A stretch of DNA of 64,000 nucleotides, taken from positions 824-64,823 of the forward strand of contig MHAC01000069.1 in the NCBI GenBank assembly GCA_001804565.1, in the 5' to 3' direction. The stretch comes from Ignavibacteria bacterium GWF2_33_9. Lineage in GTDB: Bacteria > Bacteroidota > Ignavibacteria > Kapaibacteriales > UBA2268. Each line of letters opens with the position of its first letter. Position 1 is the stretch's first letter. Made by a program: the position numbers and the translations under genes. Below, piece after piece: positions 9,259-17,818 of this stretch. The notes beneath the pieces were generated by a model. That model was not told the DNA's origin. It searched no databases and worked only from the letters and a program-made list of their open reading frames with translations.

Positions 9259-9272
9259 TTTTGTTATAAATC

Positions 9273-9318
9273 AGACTCATTACAAGTTTTTAACTTTACT
9301 AAAACTAGTAATGAGTCT
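9273..9318. terminator. Long hairpin between convergent genes (possible bidirectional terminator)
   Basis: Outer stem agactcattac / gtaatgagtct (11 bp) plus inner stem agtttt / aaaact (6 bp). There is no clean U-tract on either side. Confidence 0.4.
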
Positions 9319-9333
9319 ATTTCATTTACCTTT

Positions 9334-11040
9334 CTAATTACTGCAATCCATCAATTTCATATTGCTTTTAGCTGTTGCATTGCCTGGATCAAGTTGCAGT
9401 ACTCTTTTGTAATACTTACAAGAATTATCCTTATCCCCCATTCCCTGGTAAGAAACTGCCAAGTATAAGAATGCAAATGAATTATCAGGAAATGCTTCTG
9501 TCCATTTTTTTGCAACTCTATTTAATTCATTGTAATCTTTTTTATCCAAATGATAATTTGCAATCTTCGCATAAGCCTGAATAACAGCATTTTGATTTAT
9601 TGAAGGATAAGAAGCATAAAGTGTAAGTACCCTTTTGTATTGATCTACACCTTCTTTCACATTAGAAAGTTGGATTAATGCATCACCGAGATATACAATT
9701 GCAAACACATTGATACTGTCAAGGGCAATTGACTGCTGAAAATAATAAGCCGCTGAGTCAGGTTGACTTGAGAATAGATAATTTGTACCAATAACATATA
9801 ATACTTTTGAATTAAGTGAATCCTGACATGCTGCGGTTTCTAGTCTCAGTTTCAGCATATTGGTAGATGCTTCATAATCTTTTCTATAACTCAATAAATT
9901 TCCTATTGAATACATTAAACCGCAACTATTGTCCTTATCCATATCAATTGCTTTTTTAAATTGATTAATTGCCTCAACAGTATCTGCTGCAAAAAATGCT
10001 GCTTGACCGAACTTCCTGTGATCTTCAGCAGTAAAATCAGTTGAAACTTCTAATTTGCGATAAGTATCCATAGCTAGTGGATAATTTTTTACTGCGAGAT
10101 AGCAATCAGCAAGCTTTTGTGTAGCTGTGGTTCTTATTGAATCAATTTCATTTGCACATTGTATTAATTGGGGAATCGCTTCTTCCCATTTACCAAGATT
10201 AAATAATGATTGTGCAAAATACCATCTTCCTAATGAACCATTTGGACGTAATTTAATATATCTGGAAAGTGGAGGTGCAGCGTCAGCAAATCTATCTGAG
10301 AAAAACCATATTTTACCTTGTTCGAAGTATGCTTTAGCATTCATAGAGTCGAGCTTAGATACTGTGTTCCATTCTTTCAATGAACGTGTGAAAAGTTCAT
10401 TAGCCAGGTCTCTGTCTAATTCTCTTGTAGCAAGCCAATAATATGAAGTTGCAAGCTTAAAATGCGCTTCTACTATTGTGGAATCAAGTTCAACAGCTTT
10501 TAAGTAATTATCTCTAGCCAATTCATATACTCTTCGTGCATAATAGAAATTACCGGAAGTAACATATATATCTGGATTATTAGGGTCAAGAGCCATAGCC
10601 CTGTCAATTTCAATTTCAGCTTCTGTAAGTGAATCTGCTTTTATATAAATTTCAGAAGCTGTCAAATAATTTTGAACTTCTTTCTTATTATCTTTTATTG
10701 TTTGATTAATAATTTTCAATGCTTTATTAAAATCATTTACTGAAGCAAGTGTCAAAGCATATTTGCGATTAATTTCCTGATTCTCATCTTCAATATCATA
10801 TGCCTTAGCATAATATTTTAAAGCATCCTGATATTTTTCCAATTCAAAGTAAACATCTCCGCATGTAGTCAAAAGTTTTAAGTCTTTTGGCTTTTCAGTA
10901 GAAACTTGTTGAATCATTTCTTGAGCAGCCTCAAAATCTTTGTTCGTAACTAATCTATAAAATTCGTCAATGGAATTTTGAGCTAATAGTGTCCATGAAG
11001 ATACAATTAAGGCTACTACAATGATGATAGTTCTGTACAT
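9334..11040 (-). CDS. Secreted TPR-repeat protein (last gene of the Ton cluster)
   Basis: Signal peptide ends LLA|QNS. Many TPR-like units are visible (A..YY..A....P....A...LG..Y pattern throughout). It abuts the upstream gene with a 1-nt gap. Confidence 0.75.
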   Translation of the reverse strand: MYRTIIIVVALIVSSWTLLAQNSIDEFYRLVTNKDFEAAQEMIQQVSTEKPKDLKLLTTCGDVYFELEKYQDALKYYAKAYDIEDENQEINRKYALTLASVNDFNKALKIINQTIKDNKKEVQNYLTASEIYIKADSLTEAEIEIDRAMALDPNNPDIYVTSGNFYYARRVYELARDNYLKAVELDSTIVEAHFKLATSYYWLATRELDRDLANELFTRSLKEWNTVSKLDSMNAKAYFEQGKIWFFSDRFADAAPPLSRYIKLRPNGSLGRWYFAQSLFNLGKWEEAIPQLIQCANEIDSIRTTATQKLADCYLAVKNYPLAMDTYRKLEVSTDFTAEDHRKFGQAAFFAADTVEAINQFKKAIDMDKDNSCGLMYSIGNLLSYRKDYEASTNMLKLRLETAACQDSLNSKVLYVIGTNYLFSSQPDSAAYYFQQSIALDSINVFAIVYLGDALIQLSNVKEGVDQYKRVLTLYASYPSINQNAVIQAYAKIANYHLDKKDYNELNRVAKKWTEAFPDNSFAFLYLAVSYQGMGDKDNSCKYYKRVLQLDPGNATAKSNMKLMDCSN

Positions 11041-11041
11041 T

Positions 11042-11944
11042 TTATTCCTCTTTTATTAATACAATCTTTGCATAACTCGGTACAATACCGAAATCTTTAA
11101 AATACTTTTGAATATAGGACTCTTTTGAAATGAATGTTGCAAACCAAAGAGCTATATCTTTTTTTTCTTGTTGAAGAAATATTCTATGTTTGATTATAAA
11201 TGGATATAATCCCTGAACAATATATGCTTGATGAACAGGTTTGGGATTTACATATTCTCCTTTTTCGTTCAAATATCCTAGTGGAATTGGTTTGAATCGT
11301 AAGTCTCCAAGAATGTGACTTAAATATGCTATCCCAATTGCATTTGGATGCGATTCAACATAATCCTTAACTGAATCAAGAGACGAAAAAGTTTTAATTA
11401 TTCTTTGAGTTTTAGAATCTTTTAAAACCATTTCTTTGAAATTTGCATATACAGATGTATTTAATTCTGGCAAAACAAATTCAGGATTATAATTAAGATT
11501 TAATCCAAATTGTGATTGTGTTTTATAATCAATTAAGTATTTGCACAAATTTGACACGTTTAAAGTATCAATCGGTACATTTTTATTCACAAAGAAAATT
11601 AAAGCATCTTCTGCCATCTCCCATGGATCAGGTAATTGAACATTAAATGCATTTTTCAATGAATCTTCGTCTTTCAAATAATTCCTTGACTGTAACAGTA
11701 CTTTTGCTTTTCCATTTAATAATAAGGCCATTCCTTCTCTCGAAGAAACAGAGACAAAGTTTGATTTAATATCCGGAAAAGCTCTTTGGTAGAGTTTAAA
11801 TACAGTGTCAATCATTGGAGTTAGAGTATTATCATAATAAACAGTTAATTCCCCTGAATTCCATGCTTCATACTCACTTTGTTGATTTTTACTTCCACAG
11901 GAAATTAAAAAAATCAATGAAAATATAAATATAACAGATTTCAT
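11042..11944 (-). CDS. PstS-family-like periplasmic substrate-binding lipoprotein (PBP fold)
   Basis: Lipobox is LISCGS. GELTVYYDNTLTPMIDTVFKLYQRAFPDIKSNFVSVSSREGMALLLNGKAKVLLQSR...AEDALIFFVNKNVPIDTLNVSNL fits the PstS/PBP_like_2 pattern. No pstCAB genes are nearby. Confidence 0.6.
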   Translation of the reverse strand: MKSVIFIFSLIFLISCGSKNQQSEYEAWNSGELTVYYDNTLTPMIDTVFKLYQRAFPDIKSNFVSVSSREGMALLLNGKAKVLLQSRNYLKDEDSLKNAFNVQLPDPWEMAEDALIFFVNKNVPIDTLNVSNLCKYLIDYKTQSQFGLNLNYNPEFVLPELNTSVYANFKEMVLKDSKTQRIIKTFSSLDSVKDYVESHPNAIGIAYLSHILGDLRFKPIPLGYLNEKGEYVNPKPVHQAYIVQGLYPFIIKHRIFLQQEKKDIALWFATFISKESYIQKYFKDFGIVPSYAKIVLIKEE

Positions 11945-11961
11945 TTTACTCTCTCATATAC

Positions 11962-12177
11962 TTAATCTTCGTCATTTTTTTCTTTTAAGTTCTGATATCT
12001 TTGGCTTGCTGAACGATAAGAGAAAATTCTATAAACTCCGAACAGCACCATTATAGCTCCAAATGCTCTAACCATTGTATTATCGCCTCTTGAAAGATTA
12101 AAATAATCGAAAAAAATCAAAATCCCAAAGACAATAATTATTATTCTGATTCCGTAATTTAAAATTTTATTAAACAT
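11962..12177 (-). CDS. Small two-TM membrane protein, unknown function
   Basis: 71-aa ORF with two hydrophobic helices (IRIIIIVFGILIFF and AFGAIMVLFGVY) and an acidic/basic tail. It sits inside the Ton cluster. Confidence 0.45.
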   Translation of the reverse strand: MFNKILNYGIRIIIIVFGILIFFDYFNLSRGDNTMVRAFGAIMVLFGVYRIFSYRSASQRYQNLKEKNDED

Positions 12178-12271
12178 TTTGTAAACTATTTAATTTGCAA
12201 CTTTATAGAAAAGCTAAATTATCAAAAAATTATCTAACATTTTATATGTCAACTCAATTTTTCTGAATTTC

Positions 12272-13057
12272 TTAATTTTTCAGTTTAAACTTAATTGGAA
12301 TACTTACCCAAACCATTAAAGCAACTCCATTTTGTAATGCAGGTTTGAATTTGCCGTATTTTTTAATTGCATCCAATGCTGCTTGATTCAATAATTGATT
12401 TTCTGTATCTTCAACAAACATCTTTCTGACAGAACCATCAACATCAATTAAAACCTTAATGTAAACTAAACCTTCAATTCCAGCTTTACGTGCTAATTCA
12501 GGATATTTAACTAATGATGCAAGTTTAAAATAATCAATTCCCGGTTCTTTTTCGTAATAAACTTCTTCATTTGGATCCGGTTCCACAGGTGCTGTAACAT
12601 TTGTTTTAACATTCTCATTTTCTTTTGAAGTACCTTGGTTATTGCTTGGTCCAAAACCTGCTTCATCTGTTCCATTCGGAGAAGTAAATCCAATATGTGC
12701 TACATCTGCAAAATCATCTTTATTAGGAATAATTTCTGCATCAGGTATTGGGACAGGAGTTCCTGCTTTACCTTTCATAAAAGGATTATGTGTGATTTCC
12801 TTAGGAACTTTAATTACGATTGTTTCTGGTTTATCAGGAGCAATTGGCTGCAAAACAACAGTTGGACCAGAAAAAACAAGTGGAGCATCCAATGATTTCA
12901 GTTCAGGCAAAGTACTGAAAATAATGACGAACAATAAGCTGGTTAATGCACTTAAGACAGCAAAACTATAGAAAGTATTTTTGCGAATTTGTGACTTTAG
13001 CTCAAACGCTCCATAATGACTTTTATAATCATTAATATAAATCGTTGTTGTATTCAT
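12272..13057 (-). CDS. tonB: TonB-family energy transducer (paralog 2)
   Basis: It has an N-terminal TM anchor, a Pro-rich linker and a TonB C-terminal domain (YPELARKAGIEGLVYIKVLIDVDGSVRK...IPIKFKL). A strong SD (GGGAGGGG) lies upstream. Confidence 0.85.
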   Translation of the reverse strand: MNTTTIYINDYKSHYGAFELKSQIRKNTFYSFAVLSALTSLLFVIIFSTLPELKSLDAPLVFSGPTVVLQPIAPDKPETIVIKVPKEITHNPFMKGKAGTPVPIPDAEIIPNKDDFADVAHIGFTSPNGTDEAGFGPSNNQGTSKENENVKTNVTAPVEPDPNEEVYYEKEPGIDYFKLASLVKYPELARKAGIEGLVYIKVLIDVDGSVRKMFVEDTENQLLNQAALDAIKKYGKFKPALQNGVALMVWVSIPIKFKLKN

Positions 13058-13159
13058 CTTCCCCTCCCGAAAATTTAATGTGTATAAGAACTCATTTTAT
13101 AATTAAGACACAGGAAGATATCAGAAAGTTACATCAATCTAATTTATTTAGTTATTTTC

Positions 13160-13194
13160 AAAAAAAAAGGGATAGATGGTCAAGAATCTATCCC
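13160..13194 (-). terminator. Intrinsic terminator between the two tonB paralogs
   Basis: Stem gggataga / tctatccc (8 bp) with a 10-nt loop. On the minus strand it is followed by U9 (plus-strand A9 at 13160-13168). Confidence 0.55.
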
Positions 13195-13214
13195 TCAATA
13201 TTATAAAAAAAGAA

Positions 13215-13997
13215 CTAACGCAATTTGAATTGTATTGGAATTGAAATCCAACACATAATTGGTTCTTGATTTTGAATTGCAGGTTTAAATTTACCGTATG
13301 CCTTAATTGCATCAATTGCAGCAGAATTCAACAGTTCATTTTCGGAATCCTCGATAAAGTATTTACGAACTGTTCCATCTTTATCAACTAAAACACGTAA
13401 AACAACACGTCCTTCAATATTGGCACGTCTTGCCAAATCCGGATATTTTACCAAACCCTGTAATCTTGTATAATCCACACCAGGTTCCTTTTCAACAGGA
13501 ATGAATTCATCTGGTTCAGGTTCCTTTTCCTTAACCTTAACGTCAACTTTAGTGTTAGCATTAAAGTCAATATTACTGGAAAAACCACCCAAATCAAGTC
13601 CTGTCCCACCTTCTGCTGAAGCACGAGATTGAATATCAATTGTTGCAAATTCCTGCATGTCAGGAGTAATCTGAGCATCAGGTACAGGTATTGGAGTACC
13701 TGCACGAGCAGCAGGACCATTATTGATTATTTGTTCAACTGGTGGTGGTGGTGCATCTGTGGCTTCCTCCTGTGGAGGAAGGTCAACGATATCTAATTTA
13801 GCTATTGGAGCTAATTTCTTAACTTTTGGACCAGATGATGTAATTTCTGCATAAACAAAATATAAAAGGAATAAAAGTATAAATAATGCTGCAGTGATAA
13901 GAAAACCACGATAAGTATATTTACGTATTAAAACTTTTAATTCCTTTGCACCATAGTCAGGTAACATATCCAAAGGTTGAGTAATAGTTTCAGTCAT
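13215..13997 (-). CDS. tonB: TonB-family energy transducer (paralog 1)
   Basis: TM anchor, linker PPQEEATDAPPPPVEQ, and C-terminal domain YPDLARRANIEGRVVLRVLVDKDGTVRK...IPIQFKLR. Confidence 0.85.
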   Translation of the reverse strand: MTETITQPLDMLPDYGAKELKVLIRKYTYRGFLITAALFILLFLLYFVYAEITSSGPKVKKLAPIAKLDIVDLPPQEEATDAPPPPVEQIINNGPAARAGTPIPVPDAQITPDMQEFATIDIQSRASAEGGTGLDLGGFSSNIDFNANTKVDVKVKEKEPEPDEFIPVEKEPGVDYTRLQGLVKYPDLARRANIEGRVVLRVLVDKDGTVRKYFIEDSENELLNSAAIDAIKAYGKFKPAIQNQEPIMCWISIPIQFKLR

Positions 13998-13998
13998 C

Positions 13999-14583
13999 TT
14001 ACAACTCCTTTATCTGATTCAATTGATCTTCCAAAAGTGGAGCAATTGTAAAACGACGTTTTCTTTCTTTTGGCTTACCTGTTTCAGGGTCAATATCTTT
14101 ACTTAATTTATCCACAATCACAGCTTCAGCCTGATTGAGAGCATCAAGTATAGATACAATTTCTCCATATGGTGCTTCAGTAGAAACATAAAGTCCGACA
14201 ATTAATTTATTTTCCAATTCAGGTTTAAGATTTTCTCTAATAGAGATTTCTTTCACCTTTTTAACCATTTCTTTACTTTCAATTTTTTCTGGCTCATCCT
14301 GACCCATAGCAAAGAATAATTCACCATCGTCACGAACAAAGAAGGATAAAAGTTCAGATGCTTTCACTTCAACTTGTTCAGTAATTTCCGGTGGAATAGA
14401 CATTTCCATAACCTGTGGTGCAGCCATTGTTGTTGTTAACATAAAGAATGTTAGTAACAAAAATGTAATATCCACTAGTGGAGTCATATCTATTCTAAAG
14501 CCAACTCTTTTTTTGACCTTTCTTTTACTATTGCCACGTTTGGGTTTTGCACCCAAACTTAAGCCTTCGCCGCCTCCGGACAT
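13999..14583 (-). CDS. exbD: ExbD/TolR-family biopolymer transport protein
   Basis: Contains IDMTPLVDITFLLLTFFM, the signature TM segment. Confidence 0.85.
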   Translation of the reverse strand: MSGGGEGLSLGAKPKRGNSKRKVKKRVGFRIDMTPLVDITFLLLTFFMLTTTMAAPQVMEMSIPPEITEQVEVKASELLSFFVRDDGELFFAMGQDEPEKIESKEMVKKVKEISIRENLKPELENKLIVGLYVSTEAPYGEIVSILDALNQAEAVIVDKLSKDIDPETGKPKERKRRFTIAPLLEDQLNQIKEL

Positions 14584-14620
14584 AATTTATCTCCTTTAAA
14601 TGAGAAAATAATAGTTAAAA

Positions 14621-15133
14621 CTACATACCTTCTTTTTCGGTAACAAAGTTAAATACTGTTGCTTTATTCTTTCGTAAAATGTTCATAGCATCATCAATCC
14701 ATTTGAACCTTAATCTTCTATCAGCATCGATTGCAAATTTAGTATTTGCACGAACTAATCTTGTGTTCTGGACTAATTGATTGAGCACTTCAACTGAAAC
14801 TTTAAGCTGAGGTGAAGATCTCTGTTCTTCGTTCAATCCTTCGATTGAATTCCACACTTTCTCTCTGTCAGTTTCATTAGAAAGTTCGTAATAGTAATTT
14901 GTATCCAATGTCACAGAATCAATGGCAACTTTAATCACAGCCAAATCATTCTGAGGTATTGTAGTAGTGTCAGGTGTTACTTTTGGTCTCTGAATAGTAA
15001 ACTTCTGCTGGGATTCTGCATCACTTTTGAACTTGGCAGTAAACATAAAAAATGTTAAAAGCAAGAAAGTGATATCCACCAACGGTGTCATATCTATTGT
15101 AAAACCAACTCTTTTCTTTTTTACCTTAGGCAC
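14621..15133 (-). CDS. exbD: ExbD/TolR-family biopolymer transport protein
   Basis: Contains IDMTPLVDITFLLLTFFMFT. It is a paralog of the adjacent exbD. Confidence 0.85.
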   Translation of the reverse strand: MPKVKKKRVGFTIDMTPLVDITFLLLTFFMFTAKFKSDAESQQKFTIQRPKVTPDTTTIPQNDLAVIKVAIDSVTLDTNYYYELSNETDREKVWNSIEGLNEEQRSSPQLKVSVEVLNQLVQNTRLVRANTKFAIDADRRLRFKWIDDAMNILRKNKATVFNFVTEKEGM

Positions 15134-15150
15134 GTTATCTCCCTAAGTTA

Positions 15151-15933
15151 TTATTTCTTAATACGAATTGTGAATATCTGCATTACGTTGAGGATAGCTT
15201 CATCAATCATATATGTGAAGTTATCAACCTTAGTTGTAAAGAAATTGAAGGCAACTATTGAAAGAATAGCACCTATCAAACCACCTGCTGTATTATATAG
15301 CGCTTCAGAGATACCTATTGACAACTGAACAGCTGATACAGTACCACTAACAGCCAACGCCTGGAAAGCACGAATCATACCAAGTGTTGTTCCTAATAAT
15401 CCCACCATTGTTGCAATAGAAGCAACTGTTGAAAGAACAACCAGGTTCTTTTCGAGCAATGGTGTTTCTAAGTTCATTGCTTCATCAATTGAGCGTTGAA
15501 CTTCGGCTAATTTCTTTTCTCCCATAAATTCGGGATCATTTTCAATTGTTTTAAAGCGATCAATTGCTGAACGAAGAATGTTAGCAACACTTCCACGTTG
15601 ACTGTCGCATTTTTCGATTGCAGAAGTTAAATCGCCATTTTGTAAATCCTTCACAACATTTGAAATGAAAGTTTCAGGATTGTTTTTACCTTTAGCTTTA
15701 TTGATTGAAAGAAATCTTTCGAAAATAAAGCATATTGAAATAATAATCAAGGACATCAGTAAACCTACAAGAGGACCACCTGTATATACTGTACCAAGAA
15801 TATTACCCGGTTTAGGTTCATGTTTCAACATTGGATCCAGAAAGTTATCAGGATTACCCAATACAAGATAAAAGATTGCGTAACCAACAACTAAAGAAGC
15901 TGCAATTACAATAATATTAACGTAGTTTTTCAT
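15151..15933 (-). CDS. exbB: MotA/TolQ/ExbB proton channel protein
   Basis: The three-TM C-terminal core reads TVASIATMVGLLGTTLGMIRAFQAL...ISEALYNTAGGLIGAI. Confidence 0.85.
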   Translation of the reverse strand: MKNYVNIIVIAASLVVGYAIFYLVLGNPDNFLDPMLKHEPKPGNILGTVYTGGPLVGLLMSLIIISICFIFERFLSINKAKGKNNPETFISNVVKDLQNGDLTSAIEKCDSQRGSVANILRSAIDRFKTIENDPEFMGEKKLAEVQRSIDEAMNLETPLLEKNLVVLSTVASIATMVGLLGTTLGMIRAFQALAVSGTVSAVQLSIGISEALYNTAGGLIGAILSIVAFNFFTTKVDNFTYMIDEAILNVMQIFTIRIKK

Positions 15934-15961
15934 TTAAACCTCGTTTATAAGTTATTAATTA

Positions 15962-16306
15962 TTAATTAGATAAACTATTTATCGCCTTTTCTAAACTCTC
16001 TGCAATTTCGAAAACCAAAGTTAATTTTGTTATGATGAAAATGTTTTCAATTGATTTACTTATATTGCAAAGAATAACCTCACCTTCACGTTTTGCAAAA
16101 TTTGCGTGACTTGCTATTAATATACCTAACGCAGTAGAGTTCACATAAGTTACATCTGCTAAGTTAATTATTAATTTTTTTTCGTTTTTTTCAGCAATAT
16201 CGTTTAAAGTATGCTTGAGCAGGTCTGTTTCTTCACCACCAATAAACTTTCCGCTTAAATGTATGATAGTCCCGCCAATTTGTTTTTCAACTTTAACCCT
16301 CGACAT
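15962..16306 (-). CDS. STAS-domain protein (anti-sigma-factor antagonist family)
   Basis: 114 aa. LSGKFIGGEETDLLKHTLNDI...LIINLADVTYVNSTALGILI fits the SpoIIAA/RsbV-like pattern with the conserved Ser/Thr position (VNST). Confidence 0.75.
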   Translation of the reverse strand: MSRVKVEKQIGGTIIHLSGKFIGGEETDLLKHTLNDIAEKNEKKLIINLADVTYVNSTALGILIASHANFAKREGEVILCNISKSIENIFIITKLTLVFEIAESLEKAINSLSN

Positions 16307-16332
16307 TTCTAATTCTCCTTTATTTAGAATTT

Positions 16333-16340
16333 CAAAACTA
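16333..16340 (-). promoter_or_regulatory. Candidate -7 box TAGTTTTG (TAnnTTTG) for the STAS-exbB operon
   Basis: Plus-strand caaaacta. It lies 26 nt upstream of the STAS ATG (16306). Confidence 0.3.
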
Positions 16341-16411
16341 ACAATTTTTTATAAATTATAAGTTATAAATCAATAAAATTCTTACCGTATACTATTTAAT
16401 TATTCACAATT

Positions 16412-17278
16412 TCAAGCTTCATTCTTTCTTAAGATTATGATTCTGTCAAGATCAGCAAAATCTTTCAAAATTATTACATTGTATGAAGGATTTTTGAATA
16501 ATTTAAGTAGTTTATCTGTATTACGACCGTCAATTTCCAAAAGCATCACACTCCCCTCTTTCATTTTTAATATAGTTTCTGAAAATTTCTTGTAAAATGT
16601 CAATCCATCCATATTATCTGTTAAGGATATTTTAGGTTCAAAATTTAGGATTGATTTTTCCAAAAACAGCATCTTATCTAAAGGTATATATGGCGGATTT
16701 GATACGATTACATCAAAATTTCCATAATCTAATTCATCTAATAAAAAATCATTTTTAATTAGTTCAACATTTCCAGAAGTATATTGTTCTAAATTCTCTT
16801 TGGCAAGTAAAAGTGTATCGTCATTAATATCGGTAGCCAATATCCTGCTTTCAGGTAATTCCATAGCTAAAGAAATTGCAATACAACCTGTACCGGTACC
16901 AATTTCCAAGATATTTAACTTATTACCAAGTTCTTTACATATCTTAAGAGTTTTTTCAACAAGAATTTCAGTTTCAGGACGTGGAATTAAGGCTCTTGAA
17001 TCGCATTTGAATTTCCTTCCGTAAAAAGTAGTTTCACCAAATATATACTGCAGAGGTTCAAATTTTAATCTACGGTTTACATATTTCTTTAAAATATCCA
17101 ATTGAGAATCATTCAATGGTCTATCGAACTGTAAATACAATTCCATTCTTGAGCATGACAAAATATGTGAAAGCATAAGTTCGATTGTTAATCTTGGAGA
17201 TTCTATTCCTTTGTTATGGAAATAGTCTTGTCCCCATCTTATTAAATCAATCAAGGTTCTGAGTCTTTCTTTTGCCAA
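16412..17278 (-). CDS. prmC: Release factor glutamine N5-methyltransferase PrmC/HemK
   Basis: SAM-binding motif ILEIGTGTGCIAI and catalytic motif VSNPPYIP. Confidence 0.85.
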   Translation of the reverse strand: MAKERLRTLIDLIRWGQDYFHNKGIESPRLTIELMLSHILSCSRMELYLQFDRPLNDSQLDILKKYVNRRLKFEPLQYIFGETTFYGRKFKCDSRALIPRPETEILVEKTLKICKELGNKLNILEIGTGTGCIAISLAMELPESRILATDINDDTLLLAKENLEQYTSGNVELIKNDFLLDELDYGNFDVIVSNPPYIPLDKMLFLEKSILNFEPKISLTDNMDGLTFYKKFSETILKMKEGSVMLLEIDGRNTDKLLKLFKNPSYNVIILKDFADLDRIIILRKNEA

Positions 17279-17457
17279 AATTTACACAATTGTTAAAAGT
17301 CGTAACAAAAAATTTTACAAATTTATACAAACTTTATTTAATTGATTATGAATTATTGTTTTTGTTGAAAAGTTTGTGGATAATATAATAAATTGACTGT
17401 AAAATTTCAGGAAAAGACACTATTACATGTTTATAATTTTGGAAAGTAAGTTGAAAG

Positions 17458-17485
17458 AAAAAAACCCTCCAATTGGAGGGTTTTT
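17458..17485 (-). terminator. Rho-independent terminator after hup
   Basis: Stem ccctcc / ggaggg with loop aatt, flanked by an A7 run and a T5 run. Confidence 0.7.
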
Positions 17486-17500
17486 AAATTTGTTTAAAAA

Positions 17501-17818
17501 TTATTTTTTCTTAGCAGCTGCTTTCTTTTTTGGTTTATGAGCTGCAACTAATTCGTGTAATGCTTTGCCTGCTTTGAATTTTGGAACTATTTTAGCAGGA
17601 ATAGTAATTTCAGCACCAGTTTTTGGACTTCTTCCTTTTCTTGCTTGACGATGTGAAACAGTGAAAGTACCGAATCCAACCAAAGTAATTGAACCATGTT
17701 GTCCTAATTCTGTAGAGATAGCTGCCAAAGTAGCTTTAATCGCTTTTTCAGCATCAACTTTTTTCATTTCTGCAGATTCTGCAACTGCGTTAATTAAGTC
17801 ATTTTTGTTTAAGCCCAT
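17501..17818 (-). CDS. hup: HU-family DNA-binding protein with Lys/Ala-rich C-terminal tail
   Basis: Sequence reads MGLNKNDLINAVAE...GFGTFTVSHRQARKGRSPKTGAEITIPA...FKAGKAL plus tail AAHKPKKKAAAKKK. A strong SD (AAAGGAGG) lies upstream. Confidence 0.9.
   Translation of the reverse strand: MGLNKNDLINAVAESAEMKKVDAEKAIKATLAAISTELGQHGSITLVGFGTFTVSHRQARKGRSPKTGAEITIPAKIVPKFKAGKALHELVAAHKPKKKAAAKKK

Noticed and set aside
17376-17384. A perfect DnaA box (TGTGGATAA) lies in the prmC/hup intergenic region, and parAB is 37 kb away. Could this be oriC?
   Set aside because: I found only one perfect box. The neighbouring candidates (~18020 and ~18127) match 7 of 9 positions. There is no dnaA or dnaN gene in the window. 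One chance occurrence of this 9-mer in 64 kb is about what composition predicts.
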